From Heterodontus francisci (taxonomy: Eukaryota), in assembly GCF_036365525.1 (NCBI RefSeq), contig NC_090399.1, positions 42,440,430 to 42,504,429 on the forward strand: a stretch of 64,000 bases of DNA. Reading direction: 5' to 3'. The notes under the pieces are model-generated. The model saw nothing but the letters and a program-made list of their open reading frames with translations. It had not been told where the DNA came from and ran no database searches. Positions 10,977-20,400 of the stretch are shown in pieces. The position numbers were made by a program, and so were the translations under genes. How positions within the stretch are numbered: the first letter of the stretch is position 1; each line of letters begins with the position of its first letter.

Positions 10977-11460
10977 TCTGGGGACAGATTAAAAGTAAGC
11001 TAAATCAGCAAACAAACTAACTGTGCAGTTGTGGAGCCAATTTATAAAACATAACAGCCTAAGAAGCTAACAGGACAGCTGCAGATAGTTTAATAGTAGA
11101 GTATTGTTTAATAATCAGCCTAACAGTTCAAGGAGGGGGAATGTGAAACTACTGAAATAAAATGCAAGAATAAAATGCTGAGTCGAATGAACCAATCATG
11201 GACTGATAATAGAAGTCTGCAAACCACTCAGAAATAAGGGGGGGGGGGGGGGGGAGGCGTTACTAGTTTTGTTTGAATAACTATAAGAAAGGCTTTTATA
11301 TAAGAAAGACTTGCTGCAGTGAGCACATGTTCTTTTGCATGTTCTTTGTTTTGCTTTTTGTTCTTTTGTACCCTTGCAACGTAACAACCATATACGGCAA
11401 TAAAGTTTCTAAAAGTTATGGTCGGACTTCGTTTCTCTTTGTAACCGATGGGATCCAACA
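10977..11460 (+). repeat. ERV 3' LTR (preceded by the polypurine tract AAAGTGGGGAC)
   Basis: Homologous to 4311-4778; AATAAA at 11399-11404; ends CCAACA. Confidence 0.93.
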
Positions 11461-11703
11461 GTTACTTACAAAATATTGTTTAGTTAATGGGAATTTTTAG
11501 TTTAGATAAATCTTGCCCTGTAATTCTTGAAATTGCTCTGGGAATGTCAGATCTTGTGTTTTACCATTAACGGTCTCACTGAGGTGGAAACACTGTGTAT
11601 CCTGGGCCTCAGCCTGTCCTGGGCTGGTAGCTCAGCACTGACCCTCCCTCCTGTGCTCCTGCTCTGAGGCTGGGACCCCTCTAACAGTGAGAGACAGTCT
11701 TAC

Positions 11704-11967
11704 CATAAATCACCACCATCATCTCCGTCAGCCCGCTGTGCTCCACCCGACAGGAATACTCAGCCTGGTCTTCCGGATCAAACTCTATCCATTTCCGGAT
11801 CTGGTAGGTTCTGTCGTGATTGGGTAAAATCCCAGAGGACAGGGTCTCATCGATCATCACTCCATCTCTCCACAGAGTCACCTCGATGGCCTGAGGGTAA
11901 AACCCAGTGACGACACAGGACAGCCGGTTAGAATCACCTGGACGTGTAAAGGACACGACGGGGGCGA
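11704..11967 (-). CDS. MHC class I heavy chain, exon 4 (alpha3 Ig C1 domain)
   Basis: (V)APVVSFTRPGDSNRLSCVVTGFYPQAIEVTLWRDG...LPNHDRTYQ...YSCRVEHSGL; C1-set motifs GFYP and YxCxVxH. Acceptor tctcag| at 11968, donor |gtaag at 11703; 264 bp. Confidence 0.97.
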
Positions 11968-12079
11968 CTGAGAGAGAGAAAGAGGAATCAGTACAAGAAG
12001 CTTGAGGTTGTGTGTCCCGGAGCACCCCACCCCCCCGCCAATTCACCAACTCACACTTGCCCTCAGATACCCCCACGAC

Positions 12080-12519
12080 TTCACTCACCGATTCTTGGTC
12101 CATTCATCCGCACATCCCCTCATTCACCGACTCTCAGTCCCTCCCTCCCTTCACTCTCCGACTCTCGGTCCCACCCCCCTCACTCACTCACTGACTCTCA
12201 GTCTCTCCTCCTCAATATCTCACCGACTCTCTGTCCCCCCACCTCGCTCACCGACTCTCAGTCCGTCTGTTCCCCCCCTGCTCACCGACTCAGTCCCTCC
12301 CCCTCACTCACTCACTGACTCTCAGTCCCTCCCCCTCACTCACTCACTCAACTCTCAGTCCCTCCCCCTCACTCACTCACCGACTCTCAGCCCCTCCGTC
12401 CCCCCCTCGCTCACCGACTCTCAGTCCCTCCCCCTCACTCACTCAACTCTCAGTCCCTCCCCCTCACTCACTCACTGACTCTCAGTCCCTCCGTCCCCCC
12501 TTACTCACCGACTCTCAGT
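12080..12519 (+). repeat. Intron 3 minisatellite built from the exon 3 / intron 3 junction
   Basis: About 11-12 imperfect ~35-bp copies of CTCACCGACTCTCAGTCCCTCCCCCTCA, which is the reverse complement of CTGAGAGTCG|GTGAG. Confidence 0.88.
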
Positions 12520-12781
12520 TCTCGCTGTCCGTACAGCAGGTATTTCCTCAGCCACTCAATACACTCCTCCTCCAAGTAATTCTTCCAGCCCAGATTGCCA
12601 ACTCTGTCCTGGTTCCAATTGTGTTGGATGTTCTGCCCCCATGGGACCGGTGTCACCCACACCATGTGATCCTTGTCAAAGCTGAGGAAGTCTCGTCCGT
12701 CCCAGCCGTACTGGTTGAATCCAGTGCTGGTCCCATCGTCCCGCAGGTCACAGCCGGTCATCATCTGGATTGTACGGATCC
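12509..12781 (-). CDS. MHC class I heavy chain, exon 3 (alpha2 domain)
   Basis: (G)IRTIQMMTGCDLRDDG...YGWDGRDFLSFDKDHMVW...WKNYLEEECIEWLRKYLLYGQRELRV; C101/C164 pair, Y159 and Y171 present. Acceptor acag| at 12782, donor |gtgagt at 12508; 273 bp. Confidence 0.97.
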
Positions 12782-12794
12782 CTGTCAATAAGAC

Positions 12795-13042
12795 ACACCC
12801 AGCCAATCAGACCCAGTACCGCTGGGAGCCCCCGCCCACCACAAAAACAGCCAATCAGGCACAATGACAATAGGCGACCCCACCCACTATCCCCCAGCTA
12901 ACAGCCAATCAGATCCAGTCCCACTGGGAGACCCCGCCCACCACACAGCCAATCAGCCTCTGTCCCACTGGGAGACCCCGCCCACTATTCCCCAGCTAAC
13001 AGCCAATCAGACCTAGTCCCACTGGGAGACCCCGCCCACTGC
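12795..13042 (+). repeat. ~50-bp tandem repeat containing CCAAT and GC boxes (intron 2)
   Basis: AGCCAATCAG occurs 5 times (about 12801, 12849, 12903, 12947, 13001), alternating with CCCCGCCCAC four times and CCCCACCC once. Confidence 0.85.
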
Positions 13043-13059
13043 CTGTTATTAATCACCTG

Positions 13060-13688
13060 GGGAGATGGGGCATTTAAAGAAGCCCCGGAACCCAACGGTG
13101 TATTTAAAAGGACAGGTGCTGTAGGATCTGTAAACTGAAAGGGCCCCAGGAAACCAATCTGTATATATAAAGAAACGTGATCTACATATTTTAAAGAGCA
13201 CTTGGATGCTGATCTGTCTATTTAAAAGGACACCCCTGGACCTTGTTCTGTGTATTTAAAGCAACATTCCCCCACATCCGAACCCTGTTCTCTATTTAAA
13301 GGAGCACTCCCCCTTTTCTGGACCCTGTTCTGTATATTTACAACAACACTCACCACCACCTTCTCAAGGGCAATTCGGGATGGACAATAAATGCTGGCCT
13401 CGCCAGCAATGCCCACATCTCCCGAGCGAATGAAAAAAAAATACTGCCCTGACCCCGAGCCCTCTTTCTGTGCACTTAAAGGAACACTCCCCCACCCCCA
13501 GACCTGGTTCTGTGTATTTAAAGGAACACCACCCTGCCCCCAGACCTTGTTCTGTGTAATTAAAGGGACATTCCCCCACATCCAAACCCTGTTCTGTGTC
13601 TTTAAAGGAATACCCCACCCCGGACTCTGTTCTGTGTACTTAACTGAACACTCCCGCAACCTCAAATCTTGTTCTGTATAATTTAAAA
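13060..13688 (+). repeat. ~40-bp TGTGTATTTAAAGGAACACTCCCC minisatellite, left part
   Basis: Repeated GTTCTGTGTATTTAAAGGAACACTCCCCCA..GACCCT units; contains a ~90-bp LINE 3'-end insert at about 13350-13441 ending in poly-A. Confidence 0.85.
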
Positions 13689-14607
13689 TGTTACGACCAG
13701 GTGAGAAATGTGTCTAGGGGTCTATTACTATCTTCACCTGGTCTAGGGGTTACTATCTTCACCTGGTCTTATTGCAACAGGGTTTAATTTTAAATACACT
13801 GTGTATTGAACTCCCCCTTTGTGAATCCTTGTTCACAACTTTCCAATTATAAGGCAAAGAAATGAGCAGAAACAGGTTTTCTTTGGTTTAAAGAAGAAAA
13901 GTGAAATTTACTAAACTTATTTAAACTTAAACTCTAAGATGGTTCACACCTACGGATATATGACACACCCATGCTAGCATGCACAGACGATTCACACATG
14001 CAAATAGGAACAGAAAAGAGAGGAAATTATAAGGTGAAAGGTTTAAGGCAGTCTATAATGGAGGTTCTTTACTGTGCTTCGAGCTCACTTGATTGTTGGT
14101 AGTCTTGCTGTTCATCGGGGCCCAGTGTTCTTCTTAAACCTTATTCACATAGGAGAATTTTCTCTCTTTGAGGTTCACATGTTTTCACAAGATTCAATTC
14201 CCTGAGAGATGGGCAGGCAGACAGGAGAGAGATGTTCTCAGTCCAAGAGCAAACAGCCTTCTGATTTTCAAACACACTGCGGCAAGTTCAAAATTCAAAC
14301 AACTCCAACAGTCAGCCAGCCATGTAATCGAACCAGTCCGGCCACATCTGTTTGTGTATTCGGCCATCTTTGCAGTTAACCTGGAATGCTAGCATTTCCA
14401 CCTTCAACGCCTGGTAATCAAACGTCCACTATGGATTAAATTGGAGCAGGGAATTGCTCCTTTGTCCTTGGAAGTACTTGTCTGTTGAGATGCTAATGTC
14501 TCTTTCCAGCCAAAGTTTCTAATTGTTTTTTTAAAGCAGTTTAAAATCAAAGTTCATGTGGCAAAATTAATTTCCCTCATTCTTGGCCAGTGGGGGTTTG
14601 CCTGACA
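13689..14607 (-). mobile_element. Probable solo LTR (~920 bp)
   Basis: TGTTAC...TGACA termini, inserted into the TTTAAAGGAAC unit with a probable 4-bp TSD (AAAA/AAAG). The terminus at 14555-14607 recurs inverted at 17502-17554. Confidence 0.7.
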
Positions 14608-16407
14608 AAAGGAACATTCCCCCACCTGCCTGGAGGGAGTTGGGATTGGCGGCGGATCTGTGAGGAACCAGTTACCAGGGAGTGTATAAAGCGAGACCCA
14701 GGCTCAGGGCCTTCACCTACCTGGAGGGAGTCGGGAGAGGCGGCGGATCTGCGAGGAACCAATTACTATGGAGTGTGCAAAGCGAGACCCAGGCTCAGGG
14801 CCTTCACCCACCTGGAGGGAGTCAGGAGAGGCGGCGGATCTACGAGGAACCTGAAGCGTATAAAGAGAGACCTAGGCTCAGGGCCTTCACTGACCTGGAG
14901 GGAGTTGGGAGAGGTGGCTGATCTGTGAAGAGCCAATTAGATGCCGGAGTTTAAAAAAAACACCATTGCATCACAGGAAAGTCATGAGTTGATTGGCTGG
15001 TGAGTATTGCTGCTTTGAGACTGAGTTTAAACAATTGAGAATTTAAATCATTAAACATTTTAAGTATTAATCACAAGTAACAAGTGAGTAGCTGGTGAGT
15101 CTTGTCTTTTATTTTTAAATAAGCTTTATAACTATTGGTGAGGTTAATTCTACTATTGGGAACATTTTAGTATTGGTAGGATGTATTAATAGTGGTAAGG
15201 TTTATCAGTATTGGTAGTTTCTTATTAGCAATGGTAAAGTTATTATGACTATTGGTAAGGTTTATTACTACTGGTAGGATTTATTAGTAGTAGCACGGCT
15301 TATTAGTAGCATGGTTTAATTGTAGTACCAAGGTTTATTATCTAACAGACAGAGAAATGGCAGGGTTGCTCCAACCTCTGGAGGGCACATCCTGTGTTGT
15401 GTGGGAACTCCAGGACACTTCCCATATCCTGGTAAACCATATGTGCTGGAATTGTCAGCAGTTGCAAAGCCTGAGCTCTGGGTTTCAGAACTTAAGCAAC
15501 AACTGGTGTCACTGCGGAGCATCCGTGAGATTGATAGCTTTGTGGATAGCACATTTATAGATGTGGTCACCCTGCAGCTTAACAGTGTATAGGAAAAGAG
15601 GAATAGATGACCACCAGACAGTCAGGTAGTGAAGGAGACCCCTGACTGCATCTCATTCTCCAACCAGTATTCAGTTCTGAATACTGATGATTGTTCACCT
15701 GGGGAGTGCAGTCAGAGCCGAGGCCATGGCACCACGGGTGGCTCAGCTGCACAGGGGAGCACAATGAGGCAATAGTGATAAGAGATTCAATAGTCAGGGG
15801 AACAGACAGATGTTTCTGTGACAGCAGACGTGAATCCAGGATGGTGTGTTGCCTCCATGGTGCCAGGATCAAGGATGTCACTGGCTGCAGAGCACTCTGA
15901 GGGGAAAGAGGGAACAACCAACAGTCATGGCTCATACTGGTAACAACATAGTTAGAATGAGGGATGTGGCCCTGCAGAAAGAGTTTAGTGAGCTTGGTAA
16001 GAAATAAGCAAGTAGGACCTCAAAATTAGTCATCTCCAGACTGCTCCCAGTGCCACATGCAAATGAGTATAGAAATAGGACGATAGTGCAGATGAATGCA
16101 CGGCTGGAAAGATGTTCCAGGAGGGAGGGCTTTAGATTCCTGGGACACTGGGACCAGTTCTGGAGAAGGTGGGACCTGTCAAGACTGGGTGGGTTGCATC
16201 TGAACAGAGCTGGGACAAATGTCCTCGTGGGGCGATTTGCTAGTGTTATTGGGGAGAGTTTAAACTAACTTGGCAGGGCTGTGGGAACAGTGAGATAATA
16301 CAAGAAAGGACACCAAGATGCACAGAGAATTGAAAGAGACCGATAGCATTAGAGTAGGAAATAGGAAAGTATTACGTGATGTCTGAGTGAGAGTGTTAGT
16401 ACTTGAT

Positions 16408-17030
16408 CATAGAGTCATTTACAGCACAGAAGGAAGCTGTTCGGCCCGTCGAGTCTGTGCTTTCTCTCCACTGAGCTATCCAGTCAGTCCCACTCCCCTG
16501 CTCAATCCCCATTGCCCTGCAAGTCTATTTCTCTCAGGTGGCCATCCGACTTCCTCTTGAAGTCATTGATCGTCTCCGCTTCCACCATCCTTGTGGACAG
16601 CGAGTTCCAGGTCATTACCACCCACTGTGTAAAAAGTGCTTCCTCATATTCTCCCTGCATCTTTTGTCCAAAACCTTCAATCTGTGTCCCCTAGCCCTTG
16701 TACCATTAGTTAATGGGAACAGTTTTTCCTCTAAGCTTGTCATAATCTTGTCCATTTCTATTAAATCTCCTCTCAATCTCTTTTGTTCTAAGGAGAACAA
16801 ACCCAGCTTTTCCAACCTAACATTGTAACTAAAATCCTCCATCCCTAGAACCATTCTGGTAAATATCCTCTGCACCTTATCTCGGATCCTCACATCCTTC
16901 CTGAAGTGTGATAACCAGAACTGAACAGGATACTCCAGTTGGGGCCTAACCAGAGATTTATAAAGGTTCAGCACAACTTCCCTGCTTTTGTGCTCAATGC
17001 CTGTGTTTATGAAGCCCAAGATCTCATATG
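16408..17030 (-). mobile_element. 5'-truncated CR1 3' end inserted antisense into the CR1
   Basis: ORF 16615-17019 (LYKSLVRPQLEY...RLEKLGLFSLEQKRLRGDLIE); same 3' tail as 19490-19520 but inverted. Confidence 0.9.
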
Positions 17031-17559
17031 TTTAAAGAAGGGAATAGTTCCATATTGGATGGGAGTGAATGGAAAAGGACTATGAAGAATGCAAAGACAG
17101 GATTACAATGTACATGTGTAAACACAAAAAGTGTGGTGAATCAGGTTGGTGAGCTACAAGCACAAATAGCATTCTGGGAATATGATATGGTGGCAATAAC
17201 GGAAACATGGCTTACAAATGGCGGGGACTGAGTGCTTAATATACAAGGATAGATGTTCAGCAAAGATAGAGAAGGAAATAAGGGAGGTGGGGTGGCAGTC
17301 CTGATTAGGGAAGACATTGCAGTGCTGGAAAGGGAGGATGCATGGAAGGGGTAAGGACAGAATCCATTTGGTTAGAGTTGAGGTGCAAAAAAGTCTATGA
17401 TAACAGTCCTAGGAGTATTGTATAGTGAGAGAGATAGAAGAGCAAATCTGCAGGGAAATCACAAAGATGTGCAATAACTATGCAGTGGTGATACTGGAGG
17501 ATGTCAGGCAAACCCTCCACCTGCCAAGAATGAGGAAAATTAATTTCGCCACATGGTGG

Positions 17560-18285
17560 GTGGAATGTCAAGGGAGATGGTTAGGTTCTCCGTTTTTGGA
17601 GATGGTCATTGCCTGGCAATTGTGTGGCGTGAATGTTACTTGCCACTTATCAGCCCAAGCCTGCATATTGTCCAGGTCTTGCTGCATTTCCACACAGACT
17701 TCCTCAGTATGTGAGTCATTGTGAATGGTGCAGAACATCGCACATTTATCAGCGAACATCCCCACTTCTGATCTTATGGTTAAAGGAAGGTCACTGATGA
17801 AGCAGCTAAAGATGGTTGGGCCTAGGACACTACCTTGAGGAACTCCTGCAGTAATGTCCTGGAGCTGAGATGATTGACCTCCAACAACCACAGCCATCTT
17901 CCTCTGCGTTAGGTATGACTCCGACCAGCAGAGAGTTTTCCACCTGATTCCCATTGATTCCAGTTTTGCTAGGGCTCCTTGATGCCATACTCTGTCAAAG
18001 GCAGTTACTCTCACCTCACCTCTTTTGTCCATGTTTGGACCAGGTTTGTACTGAGGTCAGGAGCTGAGTGGCCGTGACTTGGAACTATATCCCCGTTCCT
18101 TCACTGTCACTAGGTCAAAGGCCTGGATCTTCCTTCCTAACAGCACTGTGGGTGTACCTACCCAACATGGACTGCAGCGGTTCAAGAAGGCAGCTCACCA
18201 GCACCTTCCCAAGGGCAATAAGGGATGGACAATAAATGCTGGCCTAGCCAACGTTGCCCACATCTCCTGAACGAATGAAAAAAAA
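17560..18285. mobile_element. Second-family LINE (CR1/L2 group) fragment with inverted 5' part
   Basis: Minus-strand RT (AFDRVWH..GVPQGSVLGPTIF..FADK) at 17568-18032 is joined to a plus-strand 3' end (…AATAAATGCTGGCC…GAATGAAAAAAAA) at 18078-18285. Confidence 0.8.
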
Positions 18286-19520
18286 TCATGCTTGACTAAT
18301 CTAATTGAATTTTTTGATAAAGTAACAGGGAAGGTTGATCAAGGAAATGTTGTGGATGTTGTTCATGCGGATTGTAAAAAGGTATTTGATAACAGACAAC
18401 ATAAAAGGCTGATCAACAAAATTGAGGCTCATGGAATAGGTGGATCAATGCCCAATTGGATAAAAAAAAAAATTGGCTTAAGGACAGAAAACAGCGAGTT
18501 ATAGTAAATGGTTGCTTTTCAGAATGGAGCGGGTAGACAGTGGTGTTCCCCAAGGGTCAGTGCTGGGATCAATGCTTTTATGTATGTTGTAAAAATGACT
18601 TGGATCTTGAAATACAGAAACAAATCCCAAAATTTGCTAATGACACCAACTTGGAGAACTTGAACTGCCTGCATCAGGACATAGATAGGACATAGTGCGC
18701 AGAAAGGGGCAGATGAAGTTTAACACAATGTGAGGTAATGCACTGTGGCAGAAGGAATAGGGAGAGGCAGTATATACTTAATGGCACAGTTCTAAAGAGT
18801 GTGCAAAAACAGAGGGACCTGGGGGTGCATGTGCATAGATCTTTGAAGGTTTCAGGACATATTGAGAGAGGATTAGTAAAGCATATGGGATCTTGGGCTT
18901 CATAAATAGAGGTACTGAGTACAAATGCAGGAAGATTATGCTGAGCCTTTATAAAGCTCTGGTTAGACCCTAACTGGAGTATTGCTTCCAATTCTGGTCA
19001 CCACACTTCAGGAATGATGTGAGGGTCCTTGAGAGGGTGTAGAGGAGATTTACCAGAATGGTTCCAGGGATGGAGGATTTTAGTTACAAGGTTAGGTTAG
19101 AAAAGCTGGGTTTGTTCTCCTTGGAGCAAAGGAGATTGAGGGAGATTTAATAGATGTGTAGAAGATTATGACAGGCTTAGATAAGGTAATCAAGAAAAAC
19201 TGTTCCCATTAACTAATGGTACAAGGACCAGGGGACACAGATTGAAAGTTTTGGGTAAGAGATGTAGGAGGAGGTTGAGGAGAAACGTTTTTACGCAGCA
19301 GGTGGTAATGACCTGGAACTCACTGCCCACAAGGATGATGGAAGCAGAGACGATCAATAACTTCAAAAGGAAATTGCACGGCCACCTGAGAGAAATAAAC
19401 CTGCAGGGCTAGGGGGATTGAGCATAGCAGTGGGACTGAGTGGACAGTTCAGTGGAGAGTCAGCATGGACTTGATGGGCAAATGGCCTCCTTCTGTGCTG
19501 TAAATGACTCTATGTCTATG

Positions 19521-19980
19521 ACCCCTGGACCCCATTCTGTGATTTAATGGAACAGTCTCCCACCCCCCACAACGCTGTTCTGTGTATTTAAAGCAACACT
19601 CCCTCACTCTTGGTGCACTGTGTATTTAAAGGAACACTCCCCCAACACCCCTCCCCCCCCACCCCGTTCTGTGTATTTAAAGGAACACTCCCTCACTCCG
19701 AAACCTTGCTCTGTGTATTTAAAGGAACACTCCCCCAACATCCACCCACCTCCCCCCCACTGGTTCTGTGTATTTAAAGGAACAGTTCTTCACTCCTGGA
19801 CACTGCTCTGTTTATTTAAACGAACACTCCCCCACCCCCGGACCCTGTGCTGTGTCTTTAGAGGAACACTCCCTCACTCCGAGACATTGCTCTGTGTATT
19901 TAAAGAAACACTCCCCCACCCCCGGACCCTGTGCTGTGTGTTAAAGGACACCCAGAAATTGATCTGTGTATTTAATGAAA
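19521..19980 (+). repeat. ~40-bp TGTGTATTTAAAGGAACACTCCC minisatellite, right part
   Basis: Same unit as 13060-13688, about 11 copies. Confidence 0.88.
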
Positions 19981-20131
19981 CGACTATCCCATTGGGCACT
20001 ACCCTGTGGAACTACTTTTCTCGGGTGCATTGCCTCCCTGATCCTGCTCCACTTCCAGCTTCGCCCCATTCCATCCCGGATCCGTCAACTCACAGAAAGA
20101 GGCCGAGCGAAGTAGGAGGTTGAGGACTCAC

Positions 20132-20392
20132 CCGCTGACTGGTTGGCTCGGGACATGAGGATCGGAATACGGGCCTTGAACTTCATCTCTCGCTCCTGTG
20201 CCAGGAACTTCTTCCGTGCCCAAGCCTCAGGCCCTTCACTCTCCACCATCCACTGCTCCCGAGGAATCAACTCCTTCCGATCGCTGTCGTACATAACAAA
20301 CTGGACATCGTCAACATAACCGACACCCACAAACTCCGGGAAACCAGGATTTGGAGTCATGGACGTGAAGAAATACCGGAGAGAGTGAGAGC
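20132..20392 (-). CDS. MHC class I heavy chain, exon 2 (alpha1 domain)
   Basis: Translates (G)[87 protein letters not shown], with class I motifs [14 protein letters not shown] and the N86 glycosylation site NQS. Acceptor tttcag| at 20393, donor |gtgagt at 20131; 261 bp, phase 1/1. Confidence 0.97.
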
Positions 20393-20400
20393 CTGAAAAA

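Larger units (their letters stand above)
4311..11460 (+). mobile_element. Endogenous retrovirus, near full-length and decayed (LTR-PBS-gag-pro-pol-env-PPT-LTR), antisense in MHC intron 4
   Basis: Paired LTRs, PBS, zinc knuckle, protease, RT, RNase H, integrase and env TM in canonical order; many stops and frameshifts. Confidence 0.96.
14625..19520 (+). mobile_element. CR1 LINE, formerly full-length (5'UTR repeats, ORF1 esterase, ORF2 EN/RT, 3' tail), decayed with nested insertions
   Basis: ~88-bp 5'UTR tandem units at 14625-14940. ORF1 Cys-rich N-terminus at 15357, SGNH/GDSL esterase (AIVIRDSIVRG..MVCCL.GAR; GLHLNRAG) to 16268. Endonuclease from about 17028 (MVAITETWL); RT from 18286 (TNLIEFFDKVT...SGVPQGSVLG). 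3' end CCTTCTGTGCTGTAAATGACTCTATG at about 19490-19520. Confidence 0.9.

Noticed and set aside
15357-16268. Host SGNH/GDSL esterase gene
   Set aside because: It is the disrupted ORF1 of a CR1 LINE, directly upstream of endonuclease and RT fragments.
11704-20392. Specific gene symbol (UAA, UBA, UDA etc.) or a class II/CD1/beta2m identity
   Set aside because: The three-domain exon structure establishes class I, but the lineage cannot be assigned without a phylogeny.
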